Assembly: GCA_947463095.1 (NCBI GenBank)
Contig: CANHRE010000002.1
Span: 42,056-106,055, forward strand
From: Flavobacteriales bacterium
GTDB taxonomy: Bacteria; Bacteroidota; Bacteroidia; NS11-12g; UBA955
DNA length: 64,000 bases
Direction of reading: 5' to 3'
Part shown: positions 9,734-19,800 of the stretch, piece by piece
How the letters are laid out: each line of letters begins with the position of its first letter
How positions within the stretch are numbered: position 1 is the first letter of the stretch
The notes under the pieces: generated by a model
Database searches by the model: none
Told to the model about the DNA's origin: nothing
What the model saw: the letters and a program-made list of their open reading frames with translations, nothing else
Position numbers and translations under genes: made by a program

Positions 9734-11053
9734 ATGTTTGAAAATCTGTCGTCCAGATTAGAAGGTGCTTTCAAGAAGCTCAAGGGTCAGGGAAGAATTA
9801 CGGAAATTAATGTAGCCGAAACGGTGAAGGAAATTCGTCGCGCATTGGTTGATGCCGACGTTAATTATAAGGTAGCAAAAGAGTTTACCGACAGGATAAA
9901 AGAAAAAGCGATTGGGCAGAAGGTGCTGCAGGCCGTTTCCCCAGGACAGTTAATGGTGAAGGTGGTTCACGATGAACTCGTAGATTTATTTGGGGGTGAA
10001 AAGAGTGAGCTTCACTTTAGCGGCAATCCGGCCGTAATTCTGATTGCAGGGCTGCAGGGTTCAGGTAAAACAACATTTTCAGCTAAACTGGCCAAGTACC
10101 TCAAAAGCAAAGGTAAAAACCCGATGTTGGCAGCTTGTGATGTATACCGTCCTGCAGCAATGGAACAGTTGAGGCTGCTGGGTGAACAGGCAGAAGTGCC
10201 TGTTTTCCTTCAGGAAGGGAGCAAAAATCCGATTGACATTGCTACCCAGGCGGCCAAATTCGCTAAGAATAACAACCACAGCGTACTCATCGTGGATACA
10301 GCCGGAAGGATGGCCGTTGATGAAACCATGATGCAGGAAGTGGAACAGCTTAAAAAAGCCCTCGGTCCTTCTGAAATCCTTTTTGTTGTGGATGCCATGA
10401 CGGGACAGGATGCGGTGAATACAGCACGTATTTTCAATGAACGACTCGACTTCAGCGGTGTTGTGCTATCAAAGATGGACGGCGACACCCGCGGTGGTGC
10501 GGCCCTATCTATCAAAAGTGTAGTTCAGAAGCCCATCAAGTTCATCAGCCAGGGCGAAAAACTGGACGCACTTGATGCGTTCTATCCGGAGCGCATGGCA
10601 GGAAGGATTTTGGGCATGGGCGATATTGTGTCGTTGGTGGAAAAAGCCCAGAATGCCTTCGATCAGGAAGAAGCAGAACGGCTGCAGAAGAAAATCAGCA
10701 AGAACAATTTTGACTTTGATGATTTCCTGTCCCAGCTGCAGCAAATCAAGAAGATGGGCAATCTGAAAGACATCATGGCCATGCTGCCGGGTGTAGGGAG
10801 TAAAATAAAAGATCTGGACATTGATGATTCTGCATTCAAAGGAATAGAGGCACTGATACAAAGCATGACTCCGGAGGAACGCCGCAATCCTGATTTGCTT
10901 AGCAACAGCAGAAAACAAAGAATAGTGCGGGGCAGCGGACGTAACATCCAGGAACTCAATAAATTACTGACACAGTTTGCCCAGATGAAGCAGATGATGA
11001 AAACGATGAACAAAATGCGTGCTTCCGGCATGCCTTTCAAATTCGGCAGGTGA
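9734..11053 (+). CDS. ffh: signal recognition particle protein Ffh
   Basis: 439 aa with N domain, GTPase G domain (GLQGSGKTT, DTAGR) and methionine-rich M domain at the C-terminus. Confidence 0.95.
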   Translation: MFENLSSRLEGAFKKLKGQGRITEINVAETVKEIRRALVDADVNYKVAKEFTDRIKEKAIGQKVLQAVSPGQLMVKVVHDELVDLFGGEKSELHFSGNPAVILIAGLQGSGKTTFSAKLAKYLKSKGKNPMLAACDVYRPAAMEQLRLLGEQAEVPVFLQEGSKNPIDIATQAAKFAKNNNHSVLIVDTAGRMAVDETMMQEVEQLKKALGPSEILFVVDAMTGQDAVNTARIFNERLDFSGVVLSKMDGDTRGGAALSIKSVVQKPIKFISQGEKLDALDAFYPERMAGRILGMGDIVSLVEKAQNAFDQEEAERLQKKISKNNFDFDDFLSQLQQIKKMGNLKDIMAMLPGVGSKIKDLDIDDSAFKGIEALIQSMTPEERRNPDLLSNSRKQRIVRGSGRNIQELNKLLTQFAQMKQMMKTMNKMRASGMPFKFGR

Positions 11054-11152
11054 TAAATTATTTTTATATCTACCTTTTTTACGGTTTTTTATTGCTCTGT
11101 TTTGGGTAATCAGGTATATTTGGCGTTTGAACATTTGAAAAAACACAGACTC

Positions 11153-14100
11153 ATGAATAAACAACTACGCATCAAAACCACATGGTTACTGGCCTTGCTG
11201 CTCATGGCGGCATCAGGTCTGAGGGCTCAGGTGAATCTGGCGCTCACAGCCACGCCCAACCACTCAGGCGGAGGATTGAACTCCACCGGCTACGGTCCGT
11301 CTAATTACAATGACAAGGTCATCGCAGCCGGTGTATTTGGCTGGGTTGCGACTTCGGGTAATCCAAGCACCACCAGTTGGCATGAATATGCCTGGTCTTC
11401 GCCACAAACCATCCAGCGCATCAGAATTTACAACGATGCAACAACAACCAGAACCTTAACCGGCGGTACCGTGCAGGTTTGGAATGGTTCAGCATTTACC
11501 AACGTAACCACATTTTCTGTTGCCGCGCAGATGACTTTTGACATCACATTGCCCAGCCCTCAGACAACCACCATCATACGCATCACCAACCACGTAACCT
11601 CGGGTTCACAAACATCAAATCCCGCCATTAGGGAAATTGAAGTGTTCGGCCCAAACCGTACTTGGGATGCCGCCGTTACTGCCCTTTCCATGCCCGGCGT
11701 TTGCGGCGGTTCAAGGACCATCACAGCGACGGTAACTAACAGCGGACGTTCCGCATGGGACAGCGTTCGTGTAGGTTATACCGTGAATGGTGCTTTGCAG
11801 TCGAATACCTGGTTGAAGCAAAGAATTACAGCCGGTTCTTCGGCAAACGTGACGTTCACATACAACTTCACCACTTCCGGTAACTATACCATCAGGGCCT
11901 TTACCAGCCGTCCAAATAATATTACTGATTCAAGCGCTGCTAATGATACTTTATCTTTTGCTACTCGATTGTTTACACAGCCCTCGACAGCAAGAGTGAT
12001 TGATCAGGTTCAGTGCGGCTCTGGATTCCCGCTGCATAAAGCGGTCAAACAATCCGGACGAACAATCTGGTTTGACAAATACTACAACATCTTTACCATG
12101 GCTGCGGGTGATTCCGTTTATGGCAAAACTAAGTTGTTCCCGAATGGAACTTCACCCAGAACCTACACTTTTGATGCGATTACCTTGAACGGTATTTCGG
12201 ATACCTTCTCTACCAGTCTGTTAAACACTTGGTCATACACCGGCGGTACCAGTCCTCAGCAAAAGGGTTATTTCTTTGACCTGCGCACCAAAGCGGATAT
12301 GTTGTTTACCGGTTTTGATGCAGTAATTTCTGATGCAACGCAAGCTCAGTATCAGGTTGAAGTTTATTACAGAAATGGAACCTCATCCGGCAATTATGCT
12401 AATTCGTCTGGTTGGGTAAGCTGTGGAAAGACTTCAATTACCAATACGTTCAATGCATTTGGGTCTAAACAGCCTACTGTGCGGATTGACATTAATGACA
12501 TGTTTCTGCTCAGCGGTCAAACCTATGGCTTTTACATGGTTGTGCTGGACGCTGTTCAGTCACTGCGCACTCATTGCGAACAAACCACAATGACCACAGG
12601 AAATAATTATGTTGACCTTGTTCCTGGTGCCTTGTCGGCTGTGGGTTTGTTCTCTACTACATTCGCTACAGGTTTCCGCCCCGAGATTCGCTTGCATATC
12701 GAACCCGGTTGCGCATCTTCATCTGCCGCCACGCAGAAAATTACGGTGAATCCACGCCCAATCGGTGCGGAATCTGTGGCTTCAAAACCCTATAAATCCA
12801 CCCGAATTGGTACTTCCGGTTTCCGCGGAGCTCCTGATGTAGTGGCACACAAAGACACCATCTCCTTTGAGTTGACTCCTCCTACCGGCTACACCAATGC
12901 AGGTCATGGTACAACCTGGAGAATAACCAGTGTTACTGCGCGCACGAACAATGGATATACTGTTCCTGTCGCGAATTATACCACCGCCAACCCCGGTTCT
13001 ACAGCCAATGCCAAAATGTGGTTCCACCCCAGCAGCGGTATGGTAGATAGTCTAGTGAACGTGCGCATTACTTTCCAGGACCTTGGTCCTTATAATTGCG
13101 ACAGCACCGTTGAGCGCTGGATTCGTGTAGCGCCTCGTTCCAAGCCTAATTTCACCTTCACTTCACCCACCTGTGATGGTCAGGATGTAGCTTTTGAAAA
13201 CTTGTCTACCGTATCTTCAGGAGGCATGGATTTCAAATGGTACTTTGGCGATGGCGACAGCAGCGATGCTAAAAACCCGGTAAAACGCTTCAAAGGGTCT
13301 GGTACCTTTAAAGTACGTCTCGTCGTAACCACCATCCCATTCGGCTACGTAAACGATACGACCATCAATGTTGTGGTAACTGAAATTCCCAAGGTGAACT
13401 TCACCAAGAATAACTCTTGCGAAGGTTCAAACACTAATTTTAACAACACCACTACTTATGGTGGATCCGGCACTGTAACCTACAGTTGGGATTTTGGTGA
13501 CGGTAAAGGTAAGAGCATAGTGAAAAGTCCTTCCTACCGCTATACTACACCCGGTGGTTATCCTGTAACCCTTACCGCCACAGTGAATGGTTGTGCTGCC
13601 AGCATCACCAAAAACACCTACCTCTTCCACAGGCCTAAGTCTTCATTCGACCTGCCATCAGGTAAGAACTGTGCCCGTGAAGATGCGACTTTCACCAACA
13701 AATCAACCATTGGTGCCGGTAACGTAGGCAGCTTGTGGGATTTCGGTGATGGTGAATTGGGAACCGTTGTTAATCCATCACACAAGTATGCTACAGATGG
13801 CAGCTTCAGTGTGCGTTTGATTGCCATCAGTGAATTCGGCTGTTCGGATACCATGACCAAAACGCTGGTTATCAAAGAGAAGCCTAAAGCTGCATTTGTA
13901 AATGGCCAGGTTTGTCTGAACAAGCCTGTAAGCTTCAGCAACACTTCACAACATTCAAGCACATTGAACCCTCAGTACCTGTGGCGCTTCAGCGATGGTC
14001 AGACCAGCGCAACAAAAGATGCATCACGTACCTGGACCACACCCGGCCCCAGAAAGATCACCCTGATTCTGACTCCATTCAACAATTGTGTGGATAGTGT

Positions 14101-14875
14101 TAGTGCAACGGTTGAGCCCGGAATTCTGCCGAATGTAAACTTTACCATTGAGAACAATTGTTCAGGTAAAGAAATCAATATTGCCAACTTGTCTGATGCA
14201 CCTCAGGGTGAAATCAGGTACGCATGGGATTTCGGGAATGGTAATATTTCTACCGAACGCGTTCCTAAGCCAGTGTATAATATTGCCACATCACGCACCT
14301 TCAACGTAACTCTGAAAGCTCAGGTGCTCGGTGGATGTCTGGATTCTCTGGTGAAAACTGTAACCATTTTCGAATTGCCTAAGTGTGATTTCACCATTAC
14401 CGATATCTACAAGAACGGTAATCGTGCATTCAGCTTCACCCCAGGTGTAACCAACTACAGCTACTACCGTTGGACTTTCGGTGATGGTGGCAACAGCAAC
14501 TTGCCTGCTTCTGAATATCAGTACACTTACGACGGTCCCTTCACCGTAACCCTTACCGCCAGAAACTCAGCCGGCTGCGAGTGCCAGTCTACACGCATCC
14601 TGAATGTATTGAATCTGGGTGTTGATGATGTTGCTGCCGCAGGAATTCGCGTGTATCCGAACCCTGCCAGCGGTATGCTGAATATCGATCTTCCAGTGAC
14701 CGGTTCCAAGATGAGCGTGAGCCTGCTGGATGCAACCGGACGTTTGGTAATGGCCGATCAACTGTATGCAGCCCAGAACAAACTTCATGTAGACAAATTG
14801 CCTGCAGGTTTGTATCAGGTGATTGTAACAGTTGACGGTGCATCAACCACTACCCGCGTAGTGGTAGGTCGCTGA
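11153..14875 (+). CDS. secreted multi-PKD-domain protein with N-terminal discoidin-like domain and T9SS type-A C-terminal domain
   Basis: Signal peptide MNKQLRIKTTWLLALLLMAASGLRAQ. At least five WDFGDG / W[YT]FGDG PKD signatures. The C-terminal ~75 aa (VYPNPASGMLNIDL...GLYQVIVTVDG...) matches the Por secretion tail. The ORF track start at 11102 is probably too far upstream. Confidence 0.8.
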   Translation: MNKQLRIKTTWLLALLLMAASGLRAQVNLALTATPNHSGGGLNSTGYGPSNYNDKVIAAGVFGWVATSGNPSTTSWHEYAWSSPQTIQRIRIYNDATTTRTLTGGTVQVWNGSAFTNVTTFSVAAQMTFDITLPSPQTTTIIRITNHVTSGSQTSNPAIREIEVFGPNRTWDAAVTALSMPGVCGGSRTITATVTNSGRSAWDSVRVGYTVNGALQSNTWLKQRITAGSSANVTFTYNFTTSGNYTIRAFTSRPNNITDSSAANDTLSFATRLFTQPSTARVIDQVQCGSGFPLHKAVKQSGRTIWFDKYYNIFTMAAGDSVYGKTKLFPNGTSPRTYTFDAITLNGISDTFSTSLLNTWSYTGGTSPQQKGYFFDLRTKADMLFTGFDAVISDATQAQYQVEVYYRNGTSSGNYANSSGWVSCGKTSITNTFNAFGSKQPTVRIDINDMFLLSGQTYGFYMVVLDAVQSLRTHCEQTTMTTGNNYVDLVPGALSAVGLFSTTFATGFRPEIRLHIEPGCASSSAATQKITVNPRPIGAESVASKPYKSTRIGTSGFRGAPDVVAHKDTISFELTPPTGYTNAGHGTTWRITSVTARTNNGYTVPVANYTTANPGSTANAKMWFHPSSGMVDSLVNVRITFQDLGPYNCDSTVERWIRVAPRSKPNFTFTSPTCDGQDVAFENLSTVSSGGMDFKWYFGDGDSSDAKNPVKRFKGSGTFKVRLVVTTIPFGYVNDTTINVVVTEIPKVNFTKNNSCEGSNTNFNNTTTYGGSGTVTYSWDFGDGKGKSIVKSPSYRYTTPGGYPVTLTATVNGCAASITKNTYLFHRPKSSFDLPSGKNCAREDATFTNKSTIGAGNVGSLWDFGDGELGTVVNPSHKYATDGSFSVRLIAISEFGCSDTMTKTLVIKEKPKAAFVNGQVCLNKPVSFSNTSQHSSTLNPQYLWRFSDGQTSATKDASRTWTTPGPRKITLILTPFNNCVDSVSATVEPGILPNVNFTIENNCSGKEINIANLSDAPQGEIRYAWDFGNGNISTERVPKPVYNIATSRTFNVTLKAQVLGGCLDSLVKTVTIFELPKCDFTITDIYKNGNRAFSFTPGVTNYSYYRWTFGDGGNSNLPASEYQYTYDGPFTVTLTARNSAGCECQSTRILNVLNLGVDDVAAAGIRVYPNPASGMLNIDLPVTGSKMSVSLLDATGRLVMADQLYAAQNKLHVDKLPAGLYQVIVTVDGASTTTRVVVGR

Positions 14876-14899
14876 TTGATTCACAATAACAAATCAAAA

Positions 14900-14936
14900 G
14901 GGGCGCATGTATTTGCGCCCCTTTTTGCTTTTTGGG
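14900..14936 (+). terminator. Rho-independent terminator
   Basis: GGGGCGCA / TGCGCCCC 8-bp stem with a 6-nt loop, followed by TTTTTGCTTTTT. It lies 25 bp after the stop of the 11153-14875 gene. Confidence 0.7.
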
Positions 14937-14997
14937 CATTTTATAACCCGGCAACCCTGGCAAGGCATTCAGTATCTTTACCAAGATTTTAATTGTA

Positions 14998-15633
14998 ATG
15001 GAAGAAATACATCAATTGCGCCTGGACTATAAAAAAGGTGTTTTAGAGGCTGAACATTTACCGGATGACCCCATCAGGGCATTTGAATATTGGTTTGAAG
15101 AAGCAAGGCAAGTGTGTCAGGAGCCCAATGCCATGACATTGGCCACGGCTGATGCCCAAGGCAGACCCTCTGCCAGGATGGTTTTGTTGAAGGGTGTGGA
15201 CCAAGGAGGATTTATCTTCTTCACTAATTATTTAAGCAGAAAAGGCCGGCAGATTGATGAAAATCCTCATGCTGCTCTGGTATTTTACTGGGAAGCGCTG
15301 GAACGGCAGGTGAGGGTGGAAGGCAGCCTGAGCCGACTGAAGCCTGAGCTGAATGAAGATTACTTTAAAAGCCGTCCCTATGGAAGCCAGCTTGGATCCT
15401 GGGCAAGCATGCAAAGTCAGGTGATAGCAGACAGGGCAGAAATGGAACAAAGGTTATCAGCATTGGCAGAGGCCTATCCAGAGGGCGCTGTTCCCCGTCC
15501 GCCGCATTGGGGAGGATTTCATCTATTTCCTGTTTCAGTTGAATTTTGGCAGGGGAGGAGCAACAGATTGCACGACCGCCTGTTGTTTGAGCGGGAAGAC
15601 CACCACTGGAAACGTTCCAGATTGGCCCCTTAA
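14998..15633 (+). CDS. pdxH: pyridoxamine 5'-phosphate oxidase
   Basis: 211 aa with PdxH-family motifs (RMVLLKG, GFIFFTNYLSRKGRQ, ALVFYW, C-terminal WGGF...VEFWQG..RLHDR). Confidence 0.9.
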   Translation: MEEIHQLRLDYKKGVLEAEHLPDDPIRAFEYWFEEARQVCQEPNAMTLATADAQGRPSARMVLLKGVDQGGFIFFTNYLSRKGRQIDENPHAALVFYWEALERQVRVEGSLSRLKPELNEDYFKSRPYGSQLGSWASMQSQVIADRAEMEQRLSALAEAYPEGAVPRPPHWGGFHLFPVSVEFWQGRSNRLHDRLLFEREDHHWKRSRLAP

Positions 15634-15700
15634 TGTTTCTGCAGCTGAACTTAGTTTCTGTTTTTAATCAAAGGTTGTACGTTTGTACCCGTAAAGCATT

Positions 15701-16519
15701 ATGAGCAATCAAATCTTAAAAGGAAAAAAAGGAATTATTTTCGGCGCACTTGACGAAAAATCTATTGCCTGGAAAACTGCATTGGCCTGTCATGCAGAAG
15801 GTGCTGTATTTACATTAACCAATGCACCTATTGCCCTGCGCATGGGTGCTATCAATGAATTGTCGGCAGTTTGCAACAATGCAAAGGTTATTCCCGCTGA
15901 CGTTACCAGTGAAGAAGATCTGAATAACCTCATCCAGGAAAGCATGAACGTGCTGGGTGGTAAAATCGATTTTGTACTCCACAGTGTGGGTATGAGCCTT
16001 AATGTGCGAAAGAAGAATCCTTACACCGACCTGAACTATGATTTCATGCATAAAAGCTTTGACATCAGCGCTATTTCTTTTCATCGCCTGATGCAATTGC
16101 TCATGAAACATGATGCCATGAATGAATGGGGCAGTATAGTGGGTCTTAGTTATATCGCTGCACAGCGCGTGTTTCCTGATTACAACGAAATGGCAGAAGC
16201 TAAATCGCTCCTTGAGTCATTTGCAAGAAGCTTCGGCTATCACTTTGGCAAGGCCAAAAAAGTCAGGGTGAATACCATTTCACAATCACCAACCAAAACA
16301 ACGGCCGGCAGCGGTGTTGGTGGCTTTGATGCGTTTTACAATTACGCGGATAAAATGAGCCCATTAGGCAATGCCTCTTCAGAAGCCTGCGCCGAGTATT
16401 GTGTGTCCTTGTTCAGCGATTATACCAGAATGGTTACCATGCAGAACCTCTTCCACGACGGAGGATTCTCCTTTACCGGAATTTCCTCAGATGCCATGGA
16501 GCTTTTTGAGAAGGGGTGA
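15701..16519 (+). CDS. fabI: enoyl-[acyl-carrier-protein] reductase FabI (SDR family)
   Basis: N-terminal LKGKKGIIFG...SIAW Rossmann motif, the FabI-type Y-x6-K (YNEMAEAK) and C-terminal FHDGG-like motif. ~270 aa. Confidence 0.8.
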   Translation: MSNQILKGKKGIIFGALDEKSIAWKTALACHAEGAVFTLTNAPIALRMGAINELSAVCNNAKVIPADVTSEEDLNNLIQESMNVLGGKIDFVLHSVGMSLNVRKKNPYTDLNYDFMHKSFDISAISFHRLMQLLMKHDAMNEWGSIVGLSYIAAQRVFPDYNEMAEAKSLLESFARSFGYHFGKAKKVRVNTISQSPTKTTAGSGVGGFDAFYNYADKMSPLGNASSEACAEYCVSLFSDYTRMVTMQNLFHDGGFSFTGISSDAMELFEKG

Positions 16520-16533
16520 GGGGAAGGAGTTTG

Positions 16534-16627
16534 GAACTATGTCATGGTGCGCTTGTCGAACCATGGAGTTTAGGAGTTGATAACTATGTCATGGTTCACT
16601 TGTCGAACCATGGAGTTTAGGAGTTGA
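16534..16627. repeat. 47-bp direct tandem repeat, 2 copies with 2 mismatches
   Basis: Copy 1 (16534-16580) and copy 2 (16581-16627) are both AACTATGTCATGGT[GC/TC]GC[G/A]CTTGTCGAACCATGGAGTTTAGGAGTTGAT. Confidence 0.8.
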
Positions 16628-16639
16628 TAACGAATTTCT

Positions 16640-16720
16640 TGCTCCCGAATTCTGAAAACCCATGGTTCGACCCCTATAAGTAGGGGCAGTGGTTCGAAGA
16701 CCTCACCATGACAGCATGCT
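16640..16720. repeat. inverted partial copy of the same repeat core plus a hairpin
   Basis: GGTTCGAAGACCTCACCATGACAGCATGC is an imperfect reverse complement of the unit core CTATGTCATGGTGCGCTTGTCGAACC. A CCCCT-ATAAGT-AGGGG stem-loop sits at 16670-16685, and a GGTTCGAC box at 16664. Confidence 0.5.
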
Positions 16721-16830
16721 TGGTTCCCGAGTTGCGAAGCAACTGTTTGCCCCAACTGGATTGCGCAACAAGACACCGTGGGGGTGGTGGAGTTCATCGA
16801 AGGGAGGGACACCATCACAGTGCGCGCAAA

Positions 16831-19800
16831 TCATTCAAACTTCCGCACAAACCGATCTACCATAGAAGGAGCAGCTGTGCGCAGGGTATAATTATCGTTA
16901 CTCACCTTTGGTCCTTCGTTGATGATGCTTTGATTCAGGGCTTCATCGCTAGTCCAGACATAGGTAACGTTCCTCTGGGTGTTCACATATAACCAGGTTC
17001 CGGAGGCAATCTCCATATACAGGAACAGGTTCTCACCACTGCGACGGTGTTCGACCAGCATCTTGGAAGCGAAATTCCTGTTTACGGGTTTACCGTCGAA
17101 GTTGGCCAGGGATAATTCTTCGGTACAAGCCATTCCGCGCTGTTTGCTGTTCCAGCGGAAATCCGCTTTGGTAAAGCAGAACTTCCAGGCGCCTTCATCA
17201 CGGCCTTCCAAAATGCCTGTGCGTTCCATGTTTTTCATCACCGAACGTGCGGTTTTATCATCGGTAATCAGTTCGCCAACCGCTTTTTTTACAAACAGGT
17301 CATTATTGCTAAACGTGCCTTTTCCGGCATCTTCGGCAGTAAGGAGGGCGTAAAGTCGTTCGTTAAAACTCTTGGGAAGCGGGAAATCCAGGAACATGGC
17401 CAGCTCAAAGTTGAAACTGCTGTCGCCTTCAGGAAGGTCTGCGGTACCTGCGCTGATGCACTTGATCACAGAGTTGTCAAATCCGAAATCCATCCGGCCT
17501 TCGGCATGAATGGCATGGGTTTTTTCATTGAACTGGATGAAATTACCCTTCAAACCGCCCTGTAACAGTTTTTCTTTGTTACCTGCGAAGAAGCTGGATT
17601 TCAGATCATCATAATATAGAATGCCGGTGTCACCGGTGATTTCCGGGTCGCTGTAGCGCTTTTTCCAACTGTAAAATAACGGATACACATGGCTGGAATC
17701 GTTTGCAATGTATAAGCCCACATACTGACGTTTATTGTCTTTATCTCTGGGATCATCGGCTTTCAGTATCACCTTTTTAGGGTCAACATAGTCGCTGTAT
17801 CGTATCCAGGCAGAAGGGATGACATTTTTAAAGGTGTGGAGGGGTTTGAAATAGCCGGTAAAAAGCGGATACTTTTCATTGCTGAGCACTTTAATCAGGC
17901 CTTTATAGGCAATCTTGGTATCCAGGGTAAAGTTCTTCGATTCTTCTACCTTGCCCCAGGCTTCCACCTGCTTGTCGCGATTTACCAGAATGCTGTCCAG
18001 GAACAACTCCTGTTTGTAATTCACTTTGTTGATGTACACGTAGTAGCCTTTGGCGCGCATCTTATTGCGGCCGTAAATTTTCGCGTCGCTTCGGTAAATT
18101 TCATGGTATTTATCCTTGCGGTTTGCGGTAATACGGGCACTGTCCACCGGATCCATATCTGCGTCCTTGCGCACGATAACCTTACCATTTTTGAGCACCA
18201 GCCTGGAATCTGCAATGTCTATATGTGGAATGCCTTCTATACGCAGCGCCTCACTGCGCAGGTCATAAATACCCTTTTTCGCTTCAAATCGAAGGCTGTC
18301 CTGGTTCGGATGGGTGCTTACGAACATGGGCGTGATTCCGGCCATAGAAGGTCCGGTTTTAACTTCAATGGCTTTGTTACGGATGTCCCAGCGGTAATCG
18401 CTCATGTTCGTGGCATAACGGTTCCAGGGGAACAGCGTAGGACTTCCCGGGATGTTGTTGGTAAACACACCTTCTCCTTTGTCGAAGTCGAGGGTTCCGC
18501 GTACATGGTCTGTTCTGAAGGCAATCCGTGTGCTGTCAACAGCAAAAATCTGTAGCGCCGATTCCTGTGCGGAAGCTTTGTTGGATCCGAAGGTCATGTC
18601 TTTGCTGGAGTAATTGGCCTCTGACCATTTTAGGATGCCATTGCCCTTCAGCTGCGCCGGAGATTGGGTGATGCTTCCATAAAAGCTATAACCCATTTTA
18701 AACATCCTGATGGGGGCCTCACCGTTGGTGATGGTGAATTTATCCTCGCCGGGCTTCCACTCGGCAGCGGCATTAGCTGCATATACTTCAGGATACTTAG
18801 CATTTTGTGGAAGTTCGTAGCTCTCCACCTGCGCTTTCATCTTGTCGGGAAGGAGCAGAAAGCTGTTCGATTTTGTTTTGCTGCCGCTGTATTCTATGGT
18901 ACCGCTTCCATAAAGCCCTTGTTCACTGAGGGAAATAGCCATATCTCCTTTGCCTTTACCTCGGTACATCGGAAATCCACCGGGTGGGGTATGTGAAATA
19001 AAGCCAAGCGAATAATCCTTTTGGATGCGTGCCTTTTCGCGGAAATCAGGAAAAATTCCATCCGAACGGAAGGTGCCGTCAAAAGCCAGGCCGGAAATGG
19101 TGAAGTTATCCAGACTGTCAATGGTGAAGGGATCTACCTCAAAATAGAATTTTTCTGGTTTATAGGCCCCTCCGTGTATGTAGGATTTTTCATAGGTGAT
19201 GACGCTGCCTTTGTCACTTCTGAAAATAGGATACTCCGCAAAGTTCTGCAATCCGGATTTATTGTTGGGCTTGTCGATGTACAAGGTTCCGTAGATGTTG
19301 CGCAAAACCGATTTAATGGGCACAATGGCTTTACCGCTGCTGTCGGGGAAGTACAGCCGCATGCTGTCAATATTGGTATATAGAATTTGAAATTTGTCGT
19401 AATCAAATTCAAAGTTCTTTCCGAAGAAATCAAAACGACCCGCGCGGATCATGCCGCTGAATTTGAGCCTGCGATTTTCCAGTACGGTAATGATTTGCTC
19501 GGTGGGTAAAGCCACTACGTTTTGAGAATCGCTGAAGTAAAAGCGTTGAACGCCTTCCAGCTTCAATTCATTGGTAAGTAGGTTTAATGTTCCATTCGGC
19601 CTTGCTTCAATCAGTGAGGAAAAGCGAATCACATCATAATCGCGCAGCTTGTAATGGCTTTGGACATAGTTGAACAACTTGGCCCGTATGGTGATCGAAT
19701 CTTCAAAAGGGTTGTACACTATGTAACCACCATCAGCCAGATCAATCAACTGGGCCTCGATATGTTCTTTTGTGTTTTTCAGGTAGGTGGCGTAGTCCTT

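Noticed and set aside
16661-16700. tRNA-like GGTTCGA boxes in the repeat cluster
   Set aside because: No T-stem pairing, no acceptor stem and no anticodon arm can be drawn. Interpreted as part of the repeat element rather than a tRNA gene or fragment.
17836-18555. 239-aa plus-strand ORF inside the 1460-aa gene, and other 60-170-aa ORFs inside large genes (41501-42190, 33653-34186, 45530-46162, 46901-47404, 47127-47672, 42612-43121, 43470-43919)
   Set aside because: All are antisense or out-of-frame overlaps of longer, better-supported genes with skewed composition, and none has a start context or motifs.
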